64,000 nucleotides of DNA from positions 5,966,171 through 6,030,170 of the forward strand of contig OZ316893.1 in the NCBI GenBank assembly GCA_973895155.1. The letters run 5' to 3'. Numbering within the stretch: the first letter of the stretch is position 1; each line of letters opens with the position of its first letter. Source of the stretch: Marsupella aquatica. Lineage: Eukaryota; Plantae; Marchantiophyta. Position numbers and translations under genes: made by a program. Below, piece by piece: positions 13,638 to 26,800 of this stretch. The notes beneath the pieces are model-generated. The model ran no database searches, was not told where the DNA came from, and was given only the letters and a program-made list of their open reading frames with translations.

Positions 13638-14186
13638 ATGGCTGCATCGGAGAATCTAATCGTTGCAAAGATGGGATCCGTTTTAGCCCACGAGCGTAGG
13701 AAATATATTCGAGGAAAAGTGCCCGGTGTGGAATGCGGAAGTTTGTTGAATGGACTTCCCGATGAACTCGTTGAATCTCACATTTGGCCCCTCCTAGCCT
13801 TGTCTTGCACACAAGATGAACACCTTGGCCTTGACCTAAAACTTCTACCAGAAGAACGACTGACTCGAATGAGAACAATCATTTGTCTTGGAGCCACCTC
13901 GAAGAAATGGAACCATCTTGTTGTTGGTACACGATTTTGGGCGCCATTGAAATATGCAGTCCGTGAGATCAATGACATAAACAAAATGCTCGCAAGCATT
14001 CCTAATGCCGTCCTTCTCTCAAACCTACATATTGCTAGGGTCTTCCGAGAGGAAACTCATTTCCTCCCTCCCATAGATATGCTTGGGTGCTTCTCGTATG
14101 ACCGATTAGATGCGTTTCTTAGAGTTTGGGTGAATCTTGGAGAAAGCGGGAAGCGGACAATTCTTGCATGGCATGGACGAGTCTGA
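13638..14186 (+). CDS. F-box-like cargo protein (182 aa)
   Basis: LLNGLPDELVESHIWPLL resembles the F-box N-terminal helix motif (LPxElxxxIxxxL), followed by CLGATSKKWNHLV (the VCKxWxxL-like F-box end). Confidence 0.55.
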   Translation: MAASENLIVAKMGSVLAHERRKYIRGKVPGVECGSLLNGLPDELVESHIWPLLALSCTQDEHLGLDLKLLPEERLTRMRTIICLGATSKKWNHLVVGTRFWAPLKYAVREINDINKMLASIPNAVLLSNLHIARVFREETHFLPPIDMLGCFSYDRLDAFLRVWVNLGESGKRTILAWHGRV

Positions 14187-14478
14187 GTGGATGAGGCATT
14201 GCAGCGAACATCCGATAAATTTATCGCACTCCTCATTCCTCTAGTCGATTTTGGGTGCTTGTAAAGAAACACTTTGAATATAATTGACTCTGCCTCCCCT
14301 GACTTCGGGTTGTGTGGTCCAGAGTGTATTTTTTTGCGCCTCTTCGGACGATTAGCTGACAAGTGCATTGGCTTCACAGCCCGTTATACAAGGTACTGTA
14401 AAGTTGGATGAAACTTGTAGAATTGTAATTAGTATGTTCTCCAAAATTTATTCCTGATTTCTATTCGGTGATCAGGCC

Positions 14479-15196
14479 ATGCTCGAGCGACGCATTTTTG
14501 TACCCTTCCCGGATCCTCCAGAATGGGGGAATGGAGCCATGCTGGACCAGCTAAGGAGGCTGGATGAGTCACTAATTTTAAAGATATGCAGGCTGGTAGT
14601 AAAACCATTTTACCATAACGCATTTCACTTCTACGTAGATCAGGTAGGGGAAGAAATTTATATTCGGTGGGATAGATATGTTGGATTTTCTAGAAGAGTT
14701 ATCCTACTCTTTCTGAAAACCGGTGCAGTAAGACGTTTTATACTCCACTGCTGTCATGTTGTGAAGGGCAATCCTGCTTATGAGCCAAAATTCTATGCCG
14801 ACAACAGACATAGAGCATTCGATGAGATTCAGGATGTGATTGACGAGCTGGACAATCCTCTTGCCACCGAGTTTTTTATTGACACTGGTGGGAAACTATA
14901 TTCATACAAGATTCGTCAACTCCCCCCCCAGCCGGTCTGTGGGCTCTTTAACTTGATCTATGTAAGTTGCCTGTGGATGAATGTCCTTGCCAATATATGG
15001 TGAGATCTGTCCATGCTGCACAAATGCTTGTTGTGACATTCCGTCACGCCGGTATTCAGTAGCAGTAGTGAATCCTGAGACTGGTGAAGTTGATTTCCAT
15101 TGGCTGTGGGCTTATGATCATCGCGTCACTCATATTCCCCAATGGCCCAAGAAGCGGATCGAACGCTTCGCTCTGGCGAGGTTCAACTATGATTAG
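14479..15196 (+). CDS. Cargo ORF(s), probably one frameshifted gene with a Cys-rich C-terminus
   Basis: 174-aa ORF (14479-15003) overlaps a 71-aa ORF (14981-15196, EICPCCTNACCD). A C8 run near 14922 is a possible slip site. Confidence 0.4.
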
Positions 15197-15234
15197 GGTT
15201 TAGGTTTAGGGGTTAAGGTTTTGGATTTAGGGTT
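15193..15234 (+). promoter_or_regulatory. Cluster of telomere-like / telo-box motifs upstream of the MTase gene
   Basis: TTAGGGTTTAGGTTTAGGGGTTAAGG..TTTAGGGTT about 200 bp upstream of the ATG at 15417. Confidence 0.45.
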
Positions 15235-18200
15235 CCGTAGCTGATTCTTCGACCTGTACACTCGGCCGTCAATTTAAAGAAGGCTCACTTTTGCGATAAT
15301 TTTATCGGTCTCTTTGTCCTTGTGTGATGAGATGTCGTGTCCACATGTGCTGCGAGATTGGCGGCGATAATTTTATCGCTCTTTGCATTGGAATTTGTTT
15401 ATTTGCAGACTTTTCCATGGCTGCTAGTGGAAAGAGTGGATCTGCTGAGGCAGAAAGTCTCATGACAAGCCTCACCAATGCAATTTGGACAAGTGAAGAC
15501 ATTTGTGAAGAGATCAAGTGTATCAAGAAGTCATGGTACTTCCGTGACGCCAGATTACAGTCCACGGGTTTCGAAGACTGTGTTACCCCAATCCTTTGGG
15601 TCCAGTTGCAAAAATCGGCGAAGGTTAATGTTTTGTATGGCCCTGTCATTGCTGTTGCCGTCGTCGAGTTCATGGTTGGCCACGGGGAGGGAAAAGTGTT
15701 GACAGAGGGCCTTAGTTTCTTGACAATGTATGGGCGCAAGGGTTTCATATCTCTCATTGTTACTCTCGATAACTTTGATGAGAAATCGATGGACAGTTAT
15801 CCAGAAGATCCCCTTGTTGCCGATGTTCGGGCAGCAAGAGAGATGAATGTTATGGGTTCGGCTTGGATCGGCCAGTATGTGCAAGATTGTGATGCCATCA
15901 TGCTTCCAAGGGTGAACGCAGAGTACAAGAGACTTGTGGGTGAAGAGTTCAAACCTGTCCGCAAAATTGTTTTCAAGAAACCAGGTTCAAGTGGAAGCGG
16001 TGGTTCTAATGCCGATAAAATATCGGGGTGGAAAGAACCATTGCAATCCTCTACACATATTGACGTGGACGAACCTACAACTTCTGGTCGGGTTTCGGGA
16101 AGTGGAAAAGGGAAAGGGAGAGGTAGCGGCAGGGGAGATGCCGCGGGAACCTCTGACGGTGGGAAGAAGAGCCAAGAAACTGGCGGTAGTGGGAGAGGCC
16201 GGGGCAACCATCGAGGACCATCTGTTAAACCAAGCGAAAGTAAAGGATCCGAGGGATCCGGGCCATCTGGTTCTGGACTTAGCACAAAGAGGAAGAGGAC
16301 TGGCTGGACTGAGACGGTGGCTGCAGAAGTAGATAGAGCTCCGTCAATTCCATCAGTTCCAGTCGCAGTTCCTACGGCGCCATTGGTAAGTACTACGTCG
16401 TTGTACTGTTTAACAAACACGAAATCCGATAAAAATCTCGTTGTTTATTTCCTGAATTGCGGATTGTGGAGTTATGTTGAACAAATGCGAACTCCGATAA
16501 AAATCTCGCAGTTTCTTTCCTTAATTGAATTTGTAACGCTTTTGTAGGCTGATCAGGAGGAGGAGACGGCTCTTTCGATGTATGAGACGGACGCGATCAA
16601 GGCAGAGCTCAGTCTTCTGATGCAACGAAGGGTGCAAAGGACAACTGTGCTTCTACATGTCGACAATCTCATATTTGATGAGGAGGGGGATTTGACAACT
16701 TTGATTAGACCAGTGGATAGATTGCATGTGGAAAATATCAAGATACTTCTCATGAAAAACCCCACCAACTTCAGTGCCCCGTTCGTGCTGTGTGTGGATC
16801 CAAAGGATTGTCCCACAACCGCAGATTGGGACATCCTGAAGTCAAGGGTATGGAAGTATAGAATTATTGGAGGGAATCATGGTGCTCGGGCAAAGTCCGA
16901 GTTGTTTAAAATGTACGGGAAGCAAATATATGGTGAGCTGGAAGCTTGGGTTTACGCTGGGCTTACGAGATCCGAGGTCCGAAAGTTAACTATGACCAGG
17001 AGTATCGGAAGAACATGACTAAAATTGACCAAGTTCGCGCTTGTCACAATATTTTCCTTGAAATGGGTGTGGGCTCGACTAAAGATGTCCGCGAAGCATG
17101 TTGTCAAGAATGCATGATGGAGTACACGCCAGGAGTTCGTGACTCCATGGCCAAACATGATCCGGCTTTCCAAATTGCTTTCCGAACAGGTGAAATTTGG
17201 GATCTTCAGAAGCAGATTTTCCAGATGTGGGAGAAAGGTGTTGTCTTAGGACAACCCAAAAAAATTGTGGCAACGACGAACGCAAAGGGAAAGGTGAAAC
17301 CTTTGACGGTAAGGGAGATTAAAATGAATAAACTTGCTGGTGACCTCAACTTAAATTCATTTCGAGGTCTCCAAGGACTGTCAAATAAGGAGCATGTCAA
17401 GCGTCTCTTGAATAGGGTTATCGGGAAGGTGATCACTTTGGATCAAATGCACAAGGAAGGTGAGAAGTTGAAAAAGCTTGCCAAGGTGAAGAAACTATTT
17501 TTGCAGATATCTGGTCAGCCAGATTGGGCAACATGCAGAGAAATGTTTCCCAACGAAACAGATGTCTCGGTCCTTGGCATATGGGCGGAGAAATTGAGTG
17601 ACGCGGTAAGCATTCCTCTCACAGCATGCTCTATCGCGAGATTTTTATCGGCTTTAGCATTCCTTTGTTGGTTTCTAAGCGATTCCATTTATTGGCTAGC
17701 GTGCTCCATCGCGAGATTTTTATCGGCCTTAGCATTCATCTCACGCTATTCTAACTATAGATGTGTCTGACATTCTTACAGCTGAAGATTAATTCAAAAA
17801 GGAAAAGCAAAGTGGTTCCGGCTGTCACTTATAATTCTGCGGGGGAGGTTATTGTTCCCTCAGTTGAAATCCCTTATGTGTTTAAGAATTTTGTGCTTGC
17901 TGCAATCGATAAGTACAATCGGCTGAGGTCCTTAGGCGAGGGCACAACAGAAGCGTTTGAACAAACATGGAAAAATGCAGACGGGGATTCTTTTCCCTAC
18001 TATCTCCATGTTGGTGATGTTCGAATTTTGGATTCTTTTGTTCAGCCAAGGGCTTACACCCTTGCGGTTGCGGATATTCCGTATGGTTTTAATGCTCCTG
18101 GTTCGGAGTTTGATGAAGTGGCCTTCACAGAAAAGGACATTTTAGACATGTTGACAAGTTTCTCAAAGATGACGACCGCTAAGCAGTGGAGGTTTGTTGT

Positions 18201-18804
18201 GATCCATTCACTACAACAAACGCATATAGTGCACTGGAGAGTGTATGCAACTGTGGGGTCGAGGCTGGAATCTGGGAGAAGACTAACATTCATGAGCGTC
18301 CCGCTGGAGCTCGATTGGCGTGGGGTTTTGAGAACTGGTCGATAGGTTTCTATAGCGAGGAAGGCATTCGGAACATGAACATGTACAATTTCCAACCGGA
18401 TGAGTCTCGCGTCACACTAGAAGAAAACATGGCCCTTTATGACCAACCGCCCAATGACGGAAATGCATAAATGACCTAAATTCTCAATGACACAAAATGA
18501 ATGACCGGAGAATGACTGTCCAAATTGACCAATAGACTGAAATGACAAAATGATTGTTTTTGCGTCATTTTGTAAAATGTCTGTAATGACTAATATGACC
18601 AAAATGACACAATTTTCTTAAAATGGTCAATTTAGACATATGTCCTAAATGACACAACCAATCACCACAATGATAAATCAGTGTTTAGCACCATTGTAGT
18701 CACTTTGGACAATGATTAAAATGACCGAAAACCTATTTGGGTCATTTTGGACAACAATAATAAATGACAAAAAACCTGTTTGTCATTTTAATCGATGGTG
18801 CTAA

Positions 18805-19225
18805 ATGACTAAATCTATGGTCAATCAAAATATCAAGATATATCAATGTTTACAACAATATACAGTCATTATAGACTTGTCTCATAAATGACTAAAGCTA
18901 ATGTCAATCAAAAACTCTTGATATATCAGTGTTTACAACAACATACAGTCATTATGGACTTGTCTCATATATATGACTAAATCTAAGGTCAATCTAAAAA
19001 TTAGGATATATCAGTGTTTATAACAACATAGAGTCATTATGGACTTGTCTTATATATGACTAAATCTAAGGTCAATCTAAGAATTAGAATATATCAGTGT
19101 TTACAACAACATACAGTCATTATGGACGTGTTTCATAAATGACTACTGTCTTGTAGAGTCTATCTAAAAATCAAGATATATCAATGTTGATGACAATATA
19201 TTGTCATTACAAACTTGAGTCATAA
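18805..19225. repeat. ~83-bp tandem repeat, ~5 copies (CACTA subterminal)
   Basis: Unit ATGACTAAATCTAAGGTCAATC...GATATATCAGTGTTTACAACAACATACAGTCATTATGGACTTGTCTCAT recurs at ~83-bp spacing. Confidence 0.85.
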
Positions 19226-19599
19226 ACCTTGGGCCCTCAGTCTTAACTAATACGTGGAGGACGTGTGAATGCTCAAAAGATAGTTTTTATTCATTTTGAA
19301 CTAATAGTTATAATTATTACCGGTAATAAGGGGACTTTTAATGGTAACATGGAAATAACAAGGGGTTAAACATGAAAATGGCCCGATCGTAGGGGGTCCA
19401 CTTCTTTTACATGGAGTGAGGGCCCAGGGGTCATAAATGACTACTTATAGATACATTAAGCTATGTTGGATATATCAATGATTAAAATATTGTATAGTCA
19501 TTGCAGACATAGGTCATAATTGTAGAGTCATTGAAGAATGCCAATGACTACATTAAGGGCAATATTTGCTGTCATATTAGATGTCATTTTGACCAAATG

Positions 19600-22500
19600 A
19601 CTGCATATGTCGTCATTCAAGACATCCCTCATGGTGTCATTATGGAAAAGCAAAAATGACCATTTTTGGTCTACGAGCTTAAGGTGGGCCCGAGTGTGCC
19701 ATGGGCCCTACATAGAGGTGAAAAACTCTCCACTAGGTGCGGGACACTACACTCATCATTGTCCAACCACTAGTTGCAGCGTCAACACTTTGGACACATG
19801 TTTTTGTGTTTACTTAAGGCATGATGCACCTTTGGGGAAATCACTCCCAAGTCGTACGACTTTGGAGTGATTTGCTAGAAGTGTCACCATGGATGCATAT
19901 CATCACATCCAAACGCAAACAAAAGTGGTATTTTTGTTCTCCAAGAGAGAGTGCAACACCAATAGAATGGGTGTGGTTGTTGTGCTTCCCTATATGGTGT
20001 GTGTGCGGGTTTAGGGTAGAGGAATATTCTAACCTTGCAAGGATCTAAAGCAGGCTCTTTGTGGAGGTACTAGGGCCTTTATTGGGTCATTTGTGAACAA
20101 TGGTCTGTCATAAATGCCAATGACTAAAAGTAGGGTCATTAAAATTGTCATATGGGAAGTCATATAAGTCAAGTGACTGGACTTGTGGTCATTTGTGTGG
20201 TCCCTCATGCAGTCATTAAACAGAAGCACAAATGACCAGTGTGAGGCTAGGGGCTGAAGGTGGGCCCGAGTGTGCCATGGGCCCTACATAGAGGTGAGAA
20301 ACTCTCCACTAGGTGCGGGACACTACACTCATCATTGTCCAACCACTAGTTACGGCATAAACACTTTGGACACATGTTTTTCTGTTTACTTAAGGCATGA
20401 TGCACCTTTGGGGAAATCACTCCCAAGTCATATGACTTTGGAGTGATTTGCCAAAAGTGGTATTTTTGTTCTCCAAGAGGGAGTGTAGCACCAATGGAAT
20501 GGGCGTGGTTGTTGTGCTTCCCTATATGGTGTGTGTGCGGGTTTAGGGTAGAGGAATATTCTAACCTTGCAAGGGATCTAAAGTGGGCTCTTTGTGGAGG
20601 TACTAGGGCCTTTATTGGGTCATTTGTGAACAATGTCCCGTCATAAATGCCAATGACTAAAAGTAGGGTCATTAAAACTGTCATATGGGAAGTCATATAA
20701 GTCAAGTGACTGGACTTGTGGTCATTTGTGTGGTTCCTCATGCAGTCATTAAAGAGAAGCACAAATGACCAGTTTGGGGCTAGGGACTTAAGGTGGGCCC
20801 GAGTGTGCCATGGGCCCTACATAGAGGTGAGAAACTCTCCACTAGGTGCGGGACACTACACTCATCATTGTCCAACCACTAGTGGCGGCATAAACACTTT
20901 GGACACATGTTTTTGCGTTTACTTAAGGCATGATGCACCTTTGGGGAAATCACTCCCAAGTCTCCATGGATGCATGCATCCCATCGGTTCCAAAGGTAAA
21001 TGAAGCCATTTTTTTTGTCTCTCCAAGAAGTCGCGCAACACCAATGGAAGGTTGTCATACGTTTTAGGAACGTGTCATGTTTGTGCCAGTGTTTGGATGG
21101 GGAATACTCCATTTTGCATACGAATAGTGTCGGGGCATTGTGAGTAGGTGTTGTAATCTTCATTGGGTCATTTTGGAGGAATAGAGTGTCATTAATGCCA
21201 AAGACTACAATAAGGGTCATTTTGGCAGTCATTTTTGAGGTCATTTTTTAATGTGCCAAATGACGGCATATGGGGTCATTATAGAGGTCCCTCATGGTGT
21301 CATTATGGACCAACAGAAATGACCATTTTTGGTCTAGGAGCTTAAGGTGGGCCCGGGTGTGCCATAGGCCCTACATAGAGGTGACAACCCCTCCACTAGG
21401 TGCGGGACACTATACTCATCATTGTCCATCCACTAGTTGCGCCATAAACACTCTAGACACATGTTTTTGTCTTTACTTAAGGTATGATGCACCTTAGGGG
21501 AAATCACTCTCAAGTCATACGACGTTGGAGTGATTTGACAAAAATATGACCATGGATGCATACCATCGTATCTAGCAAATGGAGCCATTTTTTGTCTCTC
21601 CAATAAGTAGCGGGACTTTGATTTAATTGTGTCATGTTTGTGTTGGTGTTTGGATGGGGAATATTCTATTTTTCAAATGAAGAGTAACGGGGCTGGTTAA
21701 AGGTAGTACTGTAATCTTTATTGGGTCATTTCTGAAAAAATTGTGTCATAGGTTAATGCCAATGACTACAAGTAGGGTCATTAAAATAGTCATATGGTAA
21801 GTCATATAAGTCAAATGACTGGACTTCTTGTCATTTGAGGGGTCCTTCTTGCAGTCATGAAGTAGAAGCACGAATGACCAGTTTGGGGCTAGGGGCTGGA
21901 GGTGGGCCCTAGAGTGCCATGTGGCCCCACATAGAGCTGACAACCCCTCCACTACGTGCGGGACGCTATACTCATCATTGTCCAACCACTAGTTGTGCCA
22001 TGAACATTTTGGAGTTATCTTTTTGCGTTTACTTAAGGCATGATGCACCTTTGGGGAAATGACTCCCAAGTCATACGACTTTGGAGTGATTTGCCAAAAG
22101 TGTCACCATGGATGCATATTACCATATCCAAAGGAAAATGGAGCCTTTTTTTGTCTCTCCAAGAAGTAGCACAACACCAATGGAAGGCTGGACATCATCC
22201 TTTGATCTAATTGTACATGTCATGGTTGTGCCGGTGTTTCAATGGGGAATATTCTATTTTGCAAATGAATAGTGGCGGGACACTCAAGGAGGTAGTGTAA
22301 TCTTTATTGGGTCATTTATGAGAAAAATTGTGTCATAAATGCCAACAACTACAATTAGGGTCATTAAAATGGTCATATGGGATGTCATATAAGTCAAATG
22401 ACTGGACTTGTGGTCATTTGAGGCGTCCCTAATGCTGTCATTTAGGAAAAGCAAAAATGACCAGTTTGGGGCTAGTGGCTAGAGGGACGCCCTAGAGTGC

Positions 22501-23800
22501 CATATGGCCCCACATAGGGCTTGCAACCCGTCCACTAGGTGCTGGACACTCTACTTACTATTCTCCAACCACTACTTGCACCATAATTAATGTTGAGCCA
22601 TGTTTTTGCGTTTAGCTAAGGCATGATGCAGCTTTGGGGAAATGACTCCCAAGTCATACAACTTTGGAGTGATTTGCCAAAAGCGTCATCATGGATGAAT
22701 ATCTTATATTCCAAAGGCAAATGGAGCCATTTGTTTTGTTTGTCCAAGAGTTAATGCAACACCAATGGAATGGGCATGGTTGTGGTGCTTCCATCTATGG
22801 TGCATGTGCATGCAGGTTCAAGGTAGAAGAATATTCTAATTTTGCAAGAAATCTAGGGCGGGCTCTTTTTGGAGGTACTAGGGCACAAGTTGGTCATTTA
22901 TAAAAAATGGTGTCATAATTGCCAATGACTACAAGTAAGGTCATTAAAACAGTCATCTAGGATGTCATATAAGTCAAATGACTGGACTTGTGGTCATTTG
23001 AGGCATCCTTTGTGCAGTCATTATCAAGAAGCACAAATGACCAGTTTGGGGCTAGGGGCTGGAGGTGGGCCCTTGAGTGCCATGTGGCCCCACATAGAGC
23101 TGACAACCCCTCCACTAGGTGTGGGACACTATACTCATTATTGTCCAACTACTAGTTGCGTATTGAACACCTTGGAACCATGTTTAAATGCGTTTACTTA
23201 AGGGATGATGGAACTTTGGAGAAATCACTCCCAAGTCATACGACTTTGGAGTGATTTGCCAAAAGTTGCACCATGGAAGCATACCATACTATCCAAAGGC
23301 AAACAAAACATATTTTGTCTCTCCAAGAGGAAGTGCAACACCGATGGAATGGGCGTGGTCATGGTGCTTCCCTCTATGGTGTGTGTGGATTCAAGGTAGA
23401 GGAATATTCCACTTTTTTCAAGGAATCTAGAGAGAGCTCTCTTTGGAGGTACTAGGGCCTTCATTGGATCATTTGTGAACAATTGTGAACAATGGCGTGT
23501 CATAAATGCCTATGATTACAAATAGGATCATTGAAATGGTCATATGAGATGTCATATAAGTCAAATGACTAGATTTGTTGTCATTTGAGGGGGTCCCTTG
23601 TGTAGTCATTTAGGAGAAGCACAAATGACCAGTTTGGGGCTATGGGCTGGAGGTCGGCCCTACATAGAGCTGGCAACCTGTCCACCGGGTGCATGACACT
23701 CTACATACTATTCTCCATGCACTACCTGCAACATAAACACCTTGGAATATGGGGGTTCTCTTTTGGAGGTACTTGTGCTTCATTGGGCCATTGATGAACA
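19600..23800. repeat. ~530-585-bp tandem repeat, ~8 diverged copies inside the CACTA element
   Basis: Anchor CCACTAGGTGCGGGACACTACACTCATCATTGTCCAACCACTAG recurs near 19730, 20307, 20839, 21394, 21949, 22533, 23113 and 23683. Confidence 0.9.
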
Positions 23801-26800
23801 ATGCTAGGTCATAAATGCCAATGACCTTATATACTTGGTGTCATTGTGGCTATGAGGAGAGAGGTTAAAATGACCAAATTGGGCCAGGGCTAGAGGTCCT
23901 ATACTTGACAGTCGCCCAAACTATTATTTTACCCAACAAATAGTCTCCCTTATGAGGGTTTGCGTCCTCCATTCTACAAAATCTCCCTTATGAGGGGTTG
24001 CGTCTTCCATTCTACACTGTGATTTGTGGCCGTGAACAATTTTCTAAAAATAATGCAACATTGGTGGGATACCATGTTTTAGACTTTGTCATGTAGATCA
24101 TTTAATTAATGAGCAGGGTAATAATAAATCCTTTGTGAGGGAAAATCGTAGGTCTTCTAGCAATTTGGAAGTGTTTACATTGACTATGAAAATGGCAAAC
24201 AATCACACAACTTGACTTACAAATCTTAAAAGGGATGGAATTGCTGTTTACACCTCCTTTGCACCCCATTTACAGCTGGTTTATAGGGTCTATAAGTCAA
24301 GACTTCCTCTATTGTAAATATACTGGCTACTTCTCCTTTCTAACTTGACTTTGGAATTCAACTTTTGCTTTCACGGTCATCCAAATTGACTGGGGTGTCA
24401 GTCTACTAAAACCAACCCTTACACTACCTAGCTTTACACTGGTTACCGTCAGTCTACCGGTCCATAAGGAGTGATTATAGTGTAAAACGGCTTCTACTAC
24501 TTGCCTTTGTATTTTCAAAATCCCCACTCATGGGAAACGTCACGCGCGCTCGGATCTTGGGGTGCTGCCATACTTTCAAGCTCCCGAGCGTGCTCCCAAG
24601 CTGTGGAGACTGGACTTAATGCCCTATCACTCCGACATGTTCACTGCATCACAACAAATTTGCTCATTGTTCTGTCCTCTAGATGATTCCATGGCTTGAT
24701 CCGCATTCTTTAGAATGTTGCGAGATTTGTTTCAACTACTGATTCTTCCTCTACTCCATTCGACTACGCGCTTTCAATTTGACTTCTTTCCCATCTTTCC
24801 TGGCAGGCTCTTGCCAAGATAGGCCGCCGCTTCAATTTGTATCAATGTTCCCTGCTTCGTCATGCTCTCCGCAACCAGCCGTTCGTTGCAATGTCCAAAA
24901 TAGCTGCCTTTAATTTTTGCTCTGCCCTTACTTCGCAAATTTCCAATTTGATCTTGGGGCAGACAGACTGAGTTTATGTATGAATACATGAATCAGCAGC
25001 GGCGGTCTGAGAAGTTTCCGTGACGTTCAAAAAGTTGCGAGCCTCAATGGAAGGAGTGCCACTCAGGTAACACATTGTTCACTTATTGTGGCTGTGAGAA
25101 ATCTTCAAAGCTTTGCAGATGGTTCACGTAAGCTTTTCTACGCACAAGGGCCCTAGTCTTACTACTTGGTTAGTAGTTAGAAGTCAATTTTCCTCCTCGA
25201 CAAGCGTAGGACGAGTTTCTCTTGCCCAAGTGCCTGGGTAGTGCACTCGGTTTCAACAGGGGCTGCAGATTGATGAGAGATTGATATTGATTTAAGAGTT
25301 CACACAAATTGGGGGATCAAATGCTGATGATCTTGAAAGAGGTTTTGTGAGAGTTCTTAATAAATACGTCCCCATTCTAAATTTCTGTTATCTAATCTTC
25401 TGATCCTTCTATGCCACGCGTATGCAAGTCTTGAGCTTAACATTGTTGGTCGTGGGCTTAAGGAATAATTGTTTGGATAAGTACTTTAAAAGTTGTAGTA
25501 TTCCACTTGTGAGACCGTGCAGCCAGTCTTTTGCAATGAGATAAATTCAGAAAGGTCTTACGTATTGAGCTTTTTGACTTTGGCAGGATTGTTTTCTAAT
25601 AACCTTTGCTGAGTACAACAGCAACAGAAATGACACACTCCACGGTAGGTTTGATTCTATTTTAATCAATTGGCTGGCTGCAGCTGTGAGTATCTTGCTA
25701 TTGCACCCCAAGGTCACTAGTTTGCAATTGCATCGAGGTATCTCCGTCTGTTTTCTCCAGGCAGCTGCTGCCTTGGTTTTGACCTCACAGATTTCAGAGG
25801 AAACTGGGAACATGAACAAACTACAGTACAATACTTTGGCGTGGACTATTGAAGGGGAAGCTGCCTTCCAGGGTTTAAGGTTTCTTTCTGCCTCCCCAGC
25901 GTTCCATGACAATGGCAGAGCACGTTGCCAAGAGAAGAATGCCTTTGGGTACGTTGCTGAGTGCTCATCCATTAAGTGCGCACCTCCATTTCTCTGGATT
26001 GGGGAGAAAGGGAAGCTCTTAGTGCCTGAAGAGTATCTTACATTCCTCACAGTCTGCCAATAAAAAAATTATTTGTGAGGGCAAAACCAACATGGATGGC
26101 AGATGTTCAATTAATCAATCCAAACATACACAAGAAACTAGGAAACTTACCGGAGGCCACTAGAAGCTTGGGAACTGACTGTAGGCCACTAGAAAGAAAG
26201 AAAGTCACATTTTTGATTGGACGGTAGAGTCTCGAGAAGTGGAAATATTGCAGTATCCTGGGGCGCCAAAGATTTAAAACTACCAAGAAATAACATGGCA
26301 GATGCGTAAGAAATCAGAAGCAGCACTAGTCAAAATCAAGGACAAGTTACGCTTGTCTACGATAGAGTTGGAGAATAAAATAACAAGGAGTCTCCATTTG
26401 AGTCACTAGAGGCCCCTAAATAAAGCGAAAAGGTATCCCTAGAGGCACCTAGAAGACAAACCAAAAGGTTCTACCTTTGGGCATATATACCTGTTTAGAA
26501 GAAAAGTACGTGATTGTCTGGTCCTCACTATGCCGACGGGTTGTTTGAATTTGTGATGAATTTGTGATGGATATTTACTTCTGATCATTTACATCTCTGC
26601 CAACATCAACAGTCTTCAGTTTGACAACTCACTCGTTTGACCCAGATGAAACATTTTGAGAGAGTAAAGACGTAGATTAGCTCGCAGTCATTACCTTGCT
26701 ATTGAAGTGTAGGATCCTGAATATATAGAACAGGGTATCTGATTGTGCTTTCTCAAAGTGTCATTAAATGTGTAAAGTGTTTCTGCCAACATCAACAGTA

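Noticed and set aside
15797-16420. 207-aa Pro-rich minus-strand ORF
   Set aside because: It is the antisense shadow of the Gly/Ser-rich linker in MTase exon 1.
19607-23503. Many similar 60-140-aa ORFs (e.g. PLGAGHYTHHCPTTS)
   Set aside because: They are by-products of the ~560-bp tandem repeat; frames and stops are not conserved between units.
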